From Draconibacterium orientale (GTDB lineage Bacteria > Bacteroidota > Bacteroidia > Bacteroidales > FEN-979), in NCBI GenBank assembly GCA_020718225.1, contig DYSO01000002.1, positions 5,361 through 69,360 on the forward strand: a stretch of DNA of 64,000 nucleotides. Direction: 5' to 3'. The translations under genes were made by a program, and so were the position numbers. Of this stretch, positions 16,181 to 25,451 are shown in pieces. Below the pieces are notes generated by a model. It ran no database searches, was not told where the DNA came from, and saw only the letters and a list, made by a program, of their open reading frames with translations. How positions within the stretch are numbered: the first letter of the stretch is position 1; each line of letters opens with the position of its first letter.

Positions 16181-17435
16181 ACATATCCTTTTTCTGTGAT
16201 AATTTCAGTTTCCGACGGCCAACATAGGACAAAACAAGAACAAATACGATATACAAGGTTGAAGATGCCAGCATGGATATGGGAGAAACGATGATTCCGT
16301 AGACAGGCAACAAGGTTAAATTGATAATCACATTAAGTATAACAATAAGGGCTAAAGCAATCAGCATCAGGTTAATTCTGAATATAAACTCCACATACCG
16401 TTGAAGAAGCAGGGCTGTTTGCCAAAGAAAGGCTGAAAGCAGCAATGGAAGATAGATCATCCAGTAATTCATCTCGGGAATATCCAGCCAACTTTCCAAC
16501 AACTTCGATTTGATGACCATAAAGACAATAAAAACAAGAATATAGACCAGTGACTGAAAACTTAAAGCCTCTTTGATTTCACTCCATGCCGCTGCTTTTT
16601 GGTTGGTATGCCAGAGATCAACCATTTTTGCCTGGTACGACACATAAATAGGCAATCCGCTGAATATCACCGCTTTACTAATAAGGTCTTTGAGTGCAGA
16701 ATAACTTCCGGCATTTTGATAGCCAAAATACTCCGCAATAACAAAACGGTCGAATGCCATGAGAATATGGGAAAATAAGAGCCAAAACATTACGCCGTAA
16801 CCAAAAGCGACCGCCTTTCCAAAAAACCGGGAATCCCAATAAAATCGGGTCCTTTTTATGGCCAACAACCCTTTCACCCGGATAAAAAACCGGAGAACTA
16901 ACACTCCAACCAAACCCACTACCAATGCGCCAAATACAAGGGACTGATTTTTCCATCCCAGGATAAAAAGACCCGCCAGAAAGGTCGCGATCATGATCAA
17001 CTGATCAGAACCTTCAATAATGGCTGTACGCACCGACCGGTGATGAACCTGAAGGATGGCCATATGAAAAAGGTAAAAATGGGTCAAAAAGGTAAAGGCA
17101 CAAACCAGTAAAAGTTCCGGTGTGTCAGAATGAAAATAAAAAAAACCTGCCAGAAATACGAGGAATGTGGAAATCAATGCAGTGATAATGGTCAGATCAT
17201 AAAACCGGCCTACAACAATATTGAACTCCCGGGAAGGATGGCCCAGAAATTTTAATATACTGACCTGTACCCAATGATACGTAAAGGTGATAGCAATCAG
17301 GGCAGAATAAAACAAAAGAGAATAGCGGCCATATAAAACAGGCCCAAGATATCGGATTGCAAGGATTATAAAAGCCAGGCTTATAACAGCAGGAACAAAC
17401 CTCCCGGCAAGATAAATAATGGCTTCTTTTTCCAT
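16179..17435 (-). CDS. Polytopic membrane protein, oligosaccharide/polysaccharide flippase-like (MOP/Wzx-type)
   Basis: 418-aa ORF that is almost entirely hydrophobic helices (about 12 predicted by eye). The family call is weak and based on architecture only. Confidence 0.45.
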   Translation of the reverse strand: MEKEAIIYLAGRFVPAVISLAFIILAIRYLGPVLYGRYSLLFYSALIAITFTYHWVQVSILKFLGHPSREFNIVVGRFYDLTIITALISTFLVFLAGFFYFHSDTPELLLVCAFTFLTHFYLFHMAILQVHHRSVRTAIIEGSDQLIMIATFLAGLFILGWKNQSLVFGALVVGLVGVLVLRFFIRVKGLLAIKRTRFYWDSRFFGKAVAFGYGVMFWLLFSHILMAFDRFVIAEYFGYQNAGSYSALKDLISKAVIFSGLPIYVSYQAKMVDLWHTNQKAAAWSEIKEALSFQSLVYILVFIVFMVIKSKLLESWLDIPEMNYWMIYLPLLLSAFLWQTALLLQRYVEFIFRINLMLIALALIVILNVIINLTLLPVYGIIVSPISMLASSTLYIVFVLVLSYVGRRKLKLSQKKDM

Positions 17436-17468
17436 TTTGAAATGATCTCCCGGTCCAATTCTTTGGTT

Positions 17469-18539
17469 TTAGCGAATTTCACCCGGCGCCTCTTTTGTAA
17501 AAAAAGTTTTCGGCCTTAAAACTTTATCAAATGTGAAATATTGAATGAGCGTAAAATCCTGGCCATCATTAACGAGTGCATACAACCGGTCAAGATCATA
17601 AGGCAGAATATTACCCATCGGGTCGGTCTGGCCTTCCGGGCCCTGTTTGTGCCAGGTCCGGATGGTTTTTTGCACCCCCGATGTGTCGGTAAGGGTGATA
17701 ACGATAAACGGCGGAGAAGCAAGAATCGAGTCTTTTCGCCGGCGGTCCATATCGTTGATCAAGGTCTCAAAGTTCAGGTTCCTGAATCCTGATAAAAAAT
17801 TTAACACCCTGAGCGTATCATAATCAGCAATAATCCGGTTGTCATCGATGGATATCAGGGTGAAAAAATTTTTCCCGTCGTTTCTCAATTCATAGGAAAG
17901 ATCGGGAGTCAAGGGTACCTCCACCCGCACAGCGGCAATCTCGGGTATCGTCTTTTTAAATACGGTGTAATCCCTCCAATATTTTTCGATCGGACTGTAC
18001 CGGGGAGAAACAAACCCACGGAAACCGGGAATATAAGTTATGAAAGCACGGGTTGATTTTTCCATCAGCATATAACTGCCCAGATTATTCTGTGTTGCGC
18101 CTCCCACATAATAGACCTTTGTCCTCTTTTCATGTGGGAACATCCGTATCTTATTAAACAAGTCAATCCGGTAAACCCTTTGATAAACCTCAACTTTCAC
18201 TGCATTGACCGCCATTTCACGGATAATATTATCCTGAGCGGCATTGGCCACCGGCTGACTGACCGCCAGGTCGAGCATGGTCTTTAACAGCATTTCAACA
18301 GATAATTTCTGCGCTTGATATTTATCGTTAACGGTCCAATTTCCCGGCGCCTTTTTGACAAGTTTAACCGTATTGTTGTTTTTATCTGATAAGAAAATCT
18401 TTGTTACATTGGAAGTATCATCGACCGCAAAATCGCACAGCTCGCGCTGAAACGTTGAAGATGACTGTGTAAGCCACAAGATCAGGGCGATCAATGAGAG
18501 TACAATGACAACAAGAAAGATAACCTTGTTTTTTTTCAT
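17469..18539 (-). CDS. DUF4340-like protein with an N-terminal membrane anchor, downstream partner of gldG
   Basis: 356-aa ORF with the N-terminal anchor MKKNKVIFLVVIVLSLIALILWL. Its start overlaps the gldG stop by 4 nt (ATGA). The position after gldG is typical for DUF4340. Confidence 0.5.
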   Translation of the reverse strand: MKKNKVIFLVVIVLSLIALILWLTQSSSTFQRELCDFAVDDTSNVTKIFLSDKNNNTVKLVKKAPGNWTVNDKYQAQKLSVEMLLKTMLDLAVSQPVANAAQDNIIREMAVNAVKVEVYQRVYRIDLFNKIRMFPHEKRTKVYYVGGATQNNLGSYMLMEKSTRAFITYIPGFRGFVSPRYSPIEKYWRDYTVFKKTIPEIAAVRVEVPLTPDLSYELRNDGKNFFTLISIDDNRIIADYDTLRVLNFLSGFRNLNFETLINDMDRRRKDSILASPPFIVITLTDTSGVQKTIRTWHKQGPEGQTDPMGNILPYDLDRLYALVNDGQDFTLIQYFTFDKVLRPKTFFTKEAPGEIR

Positions 18540-20317
18540 GGTTGCTTTTTTCGTGCAAAAGGTGCATATATGGCCTTACGGATGCGATATCTGACAAAAC
18601 CAAATCCGAGGATAAACCCTACCGGTAACAAAATATTTAACAATTGCCAGAAAAGTCTGTTTTTGGCAATTTTATTGCCATCGAGCAAACGCAGTTTTAA
18701 CTCCCTCGAACGGATTGAGATCAGGCCGGAATCGTCGATCAGAAAATTGACGGCATTTAAAACCAGCTCTTTATTTCCAAACGTCTGACGCGAATATTGG
18801 TCATAACCCAACGGTAACGGATAACCCTCCTTGTGGGAGAAGTCATTTTTTGCAACATCTCCATCAGAAATCACAATCATTCTGGTATTTTTACTTTTTG
18901 AACGAAATCCAAGTCCTTCATTGGCAGATAGTTCCGGTGGAATACGATAGAGAAATGCCGAAGGAAATTCCCCTTCAAGCAACAGTGCTACCGGCTGTGG
19001 GCCCTTGTTGAACATACGTTCATCGGGAGGTTCCCTGAGAATTTCCAGATCGATTAAGGCAGGGGCATTCACTGTTCGCGAATAGGGAGAAGTTGCCAGG
19101 AGAAAAGTTTTCTTCACCCCCGGTACAGCCACTGTGTCAAGCGAGCTGATGAACTCCGTTTTTACAGCGTTCAGGCCGTTTACAATGGGATGGTTCATGA
19201 CAGGGACCAGAATGGGAAAAAAGAACCATTTGAAAAAATCAAACTGGGGTTGGTTTCCAATTTGTCCTGTTTTTACCGGAATCTGAAGTGCATTCATATC
19301 CTGAACAAGGTTCAGGTTCAACCTTGCTCCATAATTAAACAGGATATCCTCTAGGTTGATGTCGTTTGGTATCCCAATCGTAGTGTTGTACTTCTGAAGG
19401 CTGTCCATGCTGGCAAACACCGGATCGATGAGCCAGAGTATCCGGCCTCCTCGCATGATAAACTGGTCAATCAGAAATTTATCTTTTTCGTCGAAGGGTT
19501 TTACCGGTTTTACGATGATGATGGCCCTGTATTTATTTAAAAGGACATCGTGGCTTGAATCGGATTTTATTCTTACAGCCAAACTGTTGATTTTATGATC
19601 CATAGTGACCCTGTCGACCGAATAAAAAGCCGAAAGTTCATTTTGAAGATCAATGGATTGTATCTGGCTCAGCTCTCCATGTCCTTCGATGATGGCCAAG
19701 CGTGGTTTTACAGGAGTCATTAAAATCTGAACAGCGCTGGCCAGATTGTATTCAAGCGACTGAACAGAAGTGTTGAGTACCTGTTCTGACCCTTCCTGCA
19801 ATTGTGCCATCAGCAGTTGTACCGGTATTTCGTGCCCCCTGTATGAAACCAGCGCACCCGGGAAGATGATCAACTGCGATGATTCTCCCTTTCGGGTAAC
19901 CCGCAGGTCGGTAGGTTGAAGGCCACGCTCAACCAACATGCGATAGGTGTCGTTCCGTTCTTTCACATTCGGATTTTCCGACGGGTCAACAAACTGGTAT
20001 TGGATGTTTTTATTATACGCCCGGAATTCATCGAGCATCTCTTTTGTTTCATTCGAAAGCCGCTGAAACCCCGGTGGAAGATCCCCGTTCAGAAAAACCT
20101 TGAAAAAAACCACATCATCCACTTTTTTTAATAGTTTTTTTGTGGCCGGCGATAAGGAATAGCGTTTTTCTGAAGTCAGATCAATCCGGGTAAATAGAAA
20201 AGAAGCGATGATGTTGACAAGCAAAATAATAACGATTCCAAAAACAAGTTGGTAAACATTGGATCGTCTTATGTTTTTTTTTCTGTTGGTCATCGTCCCT
20301 TCAAAGAGTTTCACCAT
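18536..20317 (-). CDS. gldG: Gliding-motility-associated ABC transporter accessory protein GldG
   Basis: 593-aa ORF with N- and C-terminal TM helices around a large periplasmic domain. It overlaps the gldF stop. The architecture and context match the GldG/ABC_transp_aux family. Confidence 0.7.
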   Translation of the reverse strand: MVKLFEGTMTNRKKNIRRSNVYQLVFGIVIILLVNIIASFLFTRIDLTSEKRYSLSPATKKLLKKVDDVVFFKVFLNGDLPPGFQRLSNETKEMLDEFRAYNKNIQYQFVDPSENPNVKERNDTYRMLVERGLQPTDLRVTRKGESSQLIIFPGALVSYRGHEIPVQLLMAQLQEGSEQVLNTSVQSLEYNLASAVQILMTPVKPRLAIIEGHGELSQIQSIDLQNELSAFYSVDRVTMDHKINSLAVRIKSDSSHDVLLNKYRAIIIVKPVKPFDEKDKFLIDQFIMRGGRILWLIDPVFASMDSLQKYNTTIGIPNDINLEDILFNYGARLNLNLVQDMNALQIPVKTGQIGNQPQFDFFKWFFFPILVPVMNHPIVNGLNAVKTEFISSLDTVAVPGVKKTFLLATSPYSRTVNAPALIDLEILREPPDERMFNKGPQPVALLLEGEFPSAFLYRIPPELSANEGLGFRSKSKNTRMIVISDGDVAKNDFSHKEGYPLPLGYDQYSRQTFGNKELVLNAVNFLIDDSGLISIRSRELKLRLLDGNKIAKNRLFWQLLNILLPVGFILGFGFVRYRIRKAIYAPFARKKQP

Positions 20318-21042
20318 TTCCGGCTTTCAAGTGATAATTTTGTCATCAAAATAAACAGAGCGGTGACACTGATAAAATAGATCACATCTCGGGTATCAAC
20401 CACGCCCCGGCTCATCGACGAATAATGAGAGCTCATTCCCAACGATTCAATCACCAATCCGGCTTTGCCTGATACGATAAAGGTGTATATAAATTCGAAT
20501 CCCATATACATGAAAAAACTGATAAACAAAGCCAGAATAAAGGAAACAATCTGATTGTCGGTAAGGGATGAGGCAAAAGTCCCGATTGCCACAAAACCAG
20601 CCCCAAGAAAAAACAATCCGATATAAGATCCCCAGATGGCTCCCGAATCGAGATTCCCTGGCGATAGTCCCAGAAGATAAACCGAGATATAGTAAACTAT
20701 CGTTGGGGCCAATGAAAAAACAACCAGGATGACCCCTGCAAAATATTTGGCGAGGATCACCTGAAGATCGGTCAGTGGTTGGGTCATTAGAAGTTCCAGT
20801 GTGCCGCTCTTTTTTTCATCGGCAAAAGAACGCATGGTGATGGCCGGAACCAGAAAAAGAAAAATAAAAGGGGCCAACATGAACAATCCATCAAGATTGG
20901 CATAACCATTATCGAGGATGTTAAAACCCAACGGGAACACCCACAGAAAAAGCCCCGTCATTACAAGGAATACTACGATTACAATATACCCTGTCAGGGA
21001 ATTCAGGAAACCATATATCTCTTTTTTTAACAATGCATACAT
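20311..21042 (-). CDS. gldF: Gliding-motility-associated ABC-2 type permease GldF
   Basis: The start is taken at MYALLKKEIYGFLNS (ATG 21042). It is a six-helix ABC-2 permease immediately upstream of gldG. No gldA ATPase gene is adjacent. Confidence 0.7.
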   Translation of the reverse strand: MYALLKKEIYGFLNSLTGYIVIVVFLVMTGLFLWVFPLGFNILDNGYANLDGLFMLAPFIFLFLVPAITMRSFADEKKSGTLELLMTQPLTDLQVILAKYFAGVILVVFSLAPTIVYYISVYLLGLSPGNLDSGAIWGSYIGLFFLGAGFVAIGTFASSLTDNQIVSFILALFISFFMYMGFEFIYTFIVSGKAGLVIESLGMSSHYSSMSRGVVDTRDVIYFISVTALFILMTKLSLESRKW

Positions 21043-21110
21043 ACACCTGTCCATTAAGGGCTTGCAAAAGTACAAATTTTCGGGTTTAAAACGGTAACAG
21101 AAACCGGGTT

Positions 21111-21578
21111 TTAGGGGATTTGCCGTGATATATAAACCGAATAATCGACCAGGCGTGGTTCATATTTCTCTTTTAAAAGATGTGATGAAATCATGAAGTC
21201 GGCCGTTGAACGGTTACAGGCAGTAGGAATATTATATACAACTGTAATCCGCAACAAGGCTTTGACATCCACATCGTGAGGCTGGGGCTGCATGGGGTCC
21301 CAGAAAAAGATCAGAAGGTCGATACCCCCTTCGCTGATAAGGGCTCCCAATTGCTGATCGCCTCCCAGCGGCCCCGATTTCAATTTGATGATCGGGAGCA
21401 TCAGCTCTTCTTCTGGTTCCAATTTATTTAATATGGTCTCTTCAACTAATTTTCCGGTGGTTCCGGTACAAATTAACTGATGGCCCAATAACGTTTTATA
21501 ATTGTATTCAACCCATTCAACCAGGTCTTTTTTACGGTTATCGTGTGCTACAAGTGCAATTTTTTTTGATTTTTCCAT
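21111..21578 (-). CDS. mgsA: Methylglyoxal synthase
   Basis: 155-aa ORF with the MgsA motifs IALVAHDNRKKDL, LICTGTTG, SGPLGGDQQLGALI and LIFFWDPMQPQPHDVDVKALLRI. Confidence 0.9.
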   Translation of the reverse strand: MEKSKKIALVAHDNRKKDLVEWVEYNYKTLLGHQLICTGTTGKLVEETILNKLEPEEELMLPIIKLKSGPLGGDQQLGALISEGGIDLLIFFWDPMQPQPHDVDVKALLRITVVYNIPTACNRSTADFMISSHLLKEKYEPRLVDYSVYISRQIP

Positions 21579-21651
21579 AATTTAAAATATAAATAATTCA
21601 TTAGATATACGTTGGCTCGATCCGAGAGCCAATTCCGGAAGGGCAGGATAT

Positions 21652-22539
21652 TTAATCAGGGATCGCGGGGACCATCTTCAGATGATCCTCTTCAGGCTCA
21701 ATATGTATATGGATTTCGCTACGTTCGATAGCCTGTTTGATCCGGTCCTCCACCGTATGTGAAATCTTATGTGCCTGCTCAATGGTCAATCCCGGGGTTA
21801 CATGAATGTTGATTTCGATAAATGTATCAGCCCCCGAAGTACGGACTTTGACATCGTGAAAGCTCGATATTTGAGAAGTTTGCGATAAAATCCTTTCCAC
21901 CTTTTTTATCAGTTCCGCCGGTGATTTATCCAACAGTACATCCACAGCCCTCTTCCCAAGCCGGAAAGAGAGAGCCAGAACAATCACTGCAACACCAAGC
22001 GCAGCAATGGAATCGGCAAAATGATAGCCAAAACCGGAACAGATCAATCCAATTAAAACAACAGCAGAGCTAAATACATCGGAAGAAAAATGAAGCGCAT
22101 CTGCTTCCAGCGCCTGGCTGTTGACTTTTTTTGCAACCCTTGATAATGCACGCGACCGGAAAAAGTCAATAACAATAGAAACGATCACCACAAGGTAGCT
22201 GAAGATATTTACCTCAATATGGGTATTACCGGTTAACAGGCGGTGAACCGCTTCAAAAATAATCCAGCCACAGGTTATCAGTAAAAGGACCGTCTCAACA
22301 AGGGCAGAAAAATTTTCAATTTTACCATGGCCGTAATGATGGTCGGCATCGGGGGGGCGATCGGAAATCCGGACCGAAAACCAGGTGATAACCGCTGCAA
22401 CCAGGTCAAGCCCAGAGTGAAGCGCCTCTGAAAGCAATCCCAGGCTCCCGGTCATAATACCGGCAACAAACTTCAACCCGGTTAAGAAAACCGCTGCAAT
22501 GACAGAGACCCCTGCAACGTTTTGCTTTTCATTTTTCAT
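21652..22539 (-). CDS. Cation diffusion facilitator (CDF) family metal efflux transporter
   Basis: 295-aa ORF with six TM helices, the metal-site motifs SEALHSGLDLVA and HFSSDVFSS, and a C-terminal cytoplasmic domain. Confidence 0.8.
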   Translation of the reverse strand: MKNEKQNVAGVSVIAAVFLTGLKFVAGIMTGSLGLLSEALHSGLDLVAAVITWFSVRISDRPPDADHHYGHGKIENFSALVETVLLLITCGWIIFEAVHRLLTGNTHIEVNIFSYLVVIVSIVIDFFRSRALSRVAKKVNSQALEADALHFSSDVFSSAVVLIGLICSGFGYHFADSIAALGVAVIVLALSFRLGKRAVDVLLDKSPAELIKKVERILSQTSQISSFHDVKVRTSGADTFIEINIHVTPGLTIEQAHKISHTVEDRIKQAIERSEIHIHIEPEEDHLKMVPAIPD

Positions 22540-22542
22540 AAA

Positions 22543-23322
22543 TCAAAGCAGTTCCACGATTACAAGCTGGTCCATTTTCAGCCCCAGCAAACTACTTGCT
22601 TTTCCCTCACGGATGGCGATTTCAAGATAACCGCTGGCTGAAAGCAGCGCTAACATTTCGCCCTGATGTACATCTTTGTATGATTTACTGATCTCTGTAA
22701 TGCGATAGGAAGGGGAACGAAAGGTGATCGCGAATTTCCGCCCTGTAGTTGCAGAGATGAAAAGAGATTCGGTGATGTTTACGTAAACATTTTCATAATT
22801 ATCAACATAGATCACTTTGCCTTTGATAAGACCTTCCTGAATGACCGGCTGGAAAGCCATTTTTTGTAACACATTATCCTTGGGATGGCCCAGTTCGGAA
22901 AGGGGTTTCCCTTCCGCGATATGACAGGCCACTTTAACAAAAACATCGCGTGCCGGAAAGGTAAAGTAATCAGAATCCTGGATCACATCCAGTTCAATGA
23001 TCTGTTCCGGTTTCTCATCAAACAACAGAGAAAAGATTCCGTTATCAGCGCCGATAAAATAGTGGCCATGATGGCTGACCAGGGTATGGGGTGTTTCAAT
23101 CGCTGCCTCACTGTTAATAGCTATGATGTGAACAGTCCCTGCCGGAAAGACACGATATGAATTGCGCACGATAAAGGCAGCCTGGTTTAAATCGAAAACC
23201 GGAACCTGGTGCGATATATCAACAATCTGTACACCGGGCAACTTTTTTAAAATAGCGCCCTTGACAACGCCGGCATAATAATCTTTGAGCCCCCAGTCGC
23301 TCGTCAGGGTAATAATGGCCAT
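22543..23322 (-). CDS. SAM hydrolase / SAM-dependent halogenase family protein (DUF62, S-adenosyl-L-methionine hydroxide adenosyltransferase-like)
   Basis: The start is taken at MAIITLTSDWGLKDYYAGVVKG (ATG 23322), which is typical of the DUF62 N-terminus (TDFG/TDWG). The upstream 314 codons of the 573-aa ORF are antisense to phoH. A TACCTTTG promoter box lies 25 nt upstream. Confidence 0.75.
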   Translation of the reverse strand: MAIITLTSDWGLKDYYAGVVKGAILKKLPGVQIVDISHQVPVFDLNQAAFIVRNSYRVFPAGTVHIIAINSEAAIETPHTLVSHHGHYFIGADNGIFSLLFDEKPEQIIELDVIQDSDYFTFPARDVFVKVACHIAEGKPLSELGHPKDNVLQKMAFQPVIQEGLIKGKVIYVDNYENVYVNITESLFISATTGRKFAITFRSPSYRITEISKSYKDVHQGEMLALLSASGYLEIAIREGKASSLLGLKMDQLVIVELL

Positions 23323-23332
23323 AAAATATTCG

Positions 23333-23340
23333 TACTTTTG
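23333..23340 (+). promoter_or_regulatory. Bacteroidota -7 promoter box (TAnnTTTG) for phoH
   Basis: TACTTTTG lies 25 nt upstream of the ATG at 23365. Confidence 0.5.
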
Positions 23341-23346
23341 CGTAAT

Positions 23347-23354
23347 CAAAGGTA
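23347..23354 (-). promoter_or_regulatory. Bacteroidota -7 promoter box (TAnnTTTG) for the DUF62 gene
   Basis: TACCTTTG on the minus strand (caaaggta on plus) lies 25 nt upstream of the ATG at 23322. Confidence 0.5.
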
Positions 23355-23364
23355 TAAATTTTTC

Positions 23365-24318
23365 ATGAGCGAGAAAATTATCAACATTGAAACGGTTCAT
23401 CCGTTGGATATTTTCGGGGCCAACGACCAGAATCTTGAATTGGTCAGGAATTTTTTCCCAAAGCTGAAGATCGTTTCCCGTGATAATTATGTTAAAGCTT
23501 ATGGGGAAGAGGCCGATCTGCTCGATTTTGAGCTGAAATTTACTGCGCTGATACTCCATTTCGAAAAATTCGGCCGGTTGAATAAAACCGATATTGGCCA
23601 TCTGCTCGACGCCCATCAGAATGGAATCGACATGACTCCCGAAGCGGTTGCCGATGTGCTGGTTCATGGTAAAAACGGAATGTTGGTCCGGGCACGCACA
23701 GCCAATCAGCAGCGGCTGGTCGACTGCTCCCTGAAAAACGACCTGGTTTTTGCCATCGGGCCTGCCGGGACAGGAAAGACCTATACCGCTGTGGCTTTGG
23801 CCGTGCGTGCCCTCAAAAACAAAGAGGTACAACGCATCATCCTTACCCGTCCGGCCGTGGAAGCAGGCGAAAACCTCGGATTTCTTCCCGGCGATCTGAA
23901 AGAAAAACTTGATCCCTACCTCCAACCGCTGTACGACGCACTGGGCGATATGCTCCCCACGCAGAAACTGTTGCAATATATTGAAGACCGGGTCATCGAA
24001 ATAGCCCCCCTGGCTTTTATGCGCGGCCGGACACTCAACAACGTTTTCGCCATCCTCGACGAAGCCCAGAATACCACCCCGGCACAGCTTAAAATGTTTC
24101 TCACAAGGATGGGAGCCCTGTCCAAATTCATCGTCACCGGTGATATCACCCAGGTTGACCTTCCCAAAAACCAAACCAGCGGCCTGATCCATTGCCAAAA
24201 CATCCTCAATGGGATATCCGGTATCGATTTCGTATATCTCGACAATTCCGATATCATCCGGCACAAACTGGTGAGCCGGGTTATTGATGCATATTCAAAA
24301 GAGAGGCAGGGCCCCTGA
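23365..24318 (+). CDS. phoH: PhoH-like ATPase
   Basis: Motifs are Walker A GPAGTGKTYTAVALAV, ILTRPAVEAGENLGFLPGD, and Walker B/DEAQN in FAILDEAQNTTP. ATG 23365 is preferred over the TTG at 23338 because the promoter box overlaps the latter. Confidence 0.88.
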   Translation: MSEKIINIETVHPLDIFGANDQNLELVRNFFPKLKIVSRDNYVKAYGEEADLLDFELKFTALILHFEKFGRLNKTDIGHLLDAHQNGIDMTPEAVADVLVHGKNGMLVRARTANQQRLVDCSLKNDLVFAIGPAGTGKTYTAVALAVRALKNKEVQRIILTRPAVEAGENLGFLPGDLKEKLDPYLQPLYDALGDMLPTQKLLQYIEDRVIEIAPLAFMRGRTLNNVFAILDEAQNTTPAQLKMFLTRMGALSKFIVTGDITQVDLPKNQTSGLIHCQNILNGISGIDFVYLDNSDIIRHKLVSRVIDAYSKERQGP

Positions 24319-24409
24319 CTTCAGAAAAACCAGGAAAAAGAGTTAAACAGTCCGTCCGGGCCGCAATGAAAACCGCAACAGCCCGTTTCTACCATATTTT
24401 AAAATCCGC

Positions 24410-24417
24410 TATCTTTG
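24410..24417 (+). promoter_or_regulatory. Bacteroidota -7 promoter box (TAnnTTTG) for purC
   Basis: TATCTTTG lies 20 nt upstream of the ATG at 24438. Confidence 0.55.
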
Positions 24418-24437
24418 CATTTTAAACCTCTCGCTTT

Positions 24438-25388
24438 ATGACCCATGTCCTGCAACAAACCAACTTCAACTTTCCCGGCATGAAAAGCCTTTATAAAGGA
24501 AAAGTCAGGGATGTATATAATATTGATAATCAATACCTGGTGATGGTTGCCAGCGACCGGATATCCGCATTCGATGTTGTTTTGCCCCGGGGAATCCCAT
24601 TCAAGGGACAGGTGCTGAATCAGATTGCCTCAACATTTCTCGATGCAACAGCCGATATTTGTCCCAACTGGAAAGTTTCAACCCCCGATCCGAATGTGAC
24701 CATTGGTCGTTTTTGTTCAATTTACCCGATAGAGATGATCATCCGCGGCTACCTGACCGGAAGTTCATGGCGTACCTACCAGAAAGGCATCCGCACCATT
24801 TGTGGCGTACAGGTCCCCGACAACATGAAAGAACATCAGCGTTTCCCTGAACCCATCATTACTCCCACAACCAAAGCCGCAGAAGGGCACGACGAAGATA
24901 TAACCAGGGAAGAAATCATCGCCCGGGGCTTTATTCCGAAGGAAACGTATGAATGCATCGAAAAATATACCTCAGCCTTGTTCCGGCGGGGCACAGAAAT
25001 CGCTGCCTCCAAGGGACTGATCCTTGTTGACACCAAGTATGAATTCGGGAAAGGGGCCGATGGTAAAATTTATCTCTGCGACGAAATCCACACCCCCGAT
25101 TCTTCCCGTTATTTTTATCTTGATGGTTATGATGAACGCCAGGCAAAAGGCGAACCCCAACGGCAACTATCCAAGGAATTCGTGCGTGAATGGCTTATGG
25201 CCAATGGATTCATGGGAAAAACAGGACAGCAGGCGCCCGGGATGAGCGATGCCTGGATCCACGAAATCTCTGACCGTTACATAGAACTTTATGAAACCAT
25301 CACCGGCGAACCATTCATCAGGGCAGATACCGAAAACCTTCAGGAACGCATTGAAAAAAGCATAAACAACTGGCTGAAAAACCGATAA
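24438..25388 (+). CDS. purC: Phosphoribosylaminoimidazole-succinocarboxamide (SAICAR) synthase
   Basis: 316-aa ORF with [19 protein letters not shown] and [11 protein letters not shown], which matches the long-form PurC. Confidence 0.9.
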   Translation: MTHVLQQTNFNFPGMKSLYKGKVRDVYNIDNQYLVMVASDRISAFDVVLPRGIPFKGQVLNQIASTFLDATADICPNWKVSTPDPNVTIGRFCSIYPIEMIIRGYLTGSSWRTYQKGIRTICGVQVPDNMKEHQRFPEPIITPTTKAAEGHDEDITREEIIARGFIPKETYECIEKYTSALFRRGTEIAASKGLILVDTKYEFGKGADGKIYLCDEIHTPDSSRYFYLDGYDERQAKGEPQRQLSKEFVREWLMANGFMGKTGQQAPGMSDAWIHEISDRYIELYETITGEPFIRADTENLQERIEKSINNWLKNR

Positions 25389-25451
25389 TTCGTTATTAGA
25401 TTACCGGAATTCAATATTCGGAATTCGGTATTCTTCATTAAATAAGCTTCC

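Noticed and set aside
21600-21640. The hairpin ttggctcgatccgagagccaa between the CDF transporter gene and mgsA, considered as a terminator.
   Set aside because: The stem is short and bulged, and it is not followed by a T-run on the minus strand. The evidence is insufficient.
23323-24264. The N-terminal 314 codons of the 573-aa minus-strand ORF 22543-24264.
   Set aside because: This part is antisense to the well-supported phoH gene and has no recognisable motifs. The DUF62 homology begins at the internal Met (23322), which has its own promoter box. It is a shadow ORF.
25395-25440. The direct repeats of cggaattc (ccggaattcaatattcggaattcgg) after purC, considered as a terminator or operator.
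   Set aside because: Only a bulged 8-bp stem is possible and the T-tract is weak. The repeat is mostly two EcoRI-type palindromes, so I could not support a specific call.
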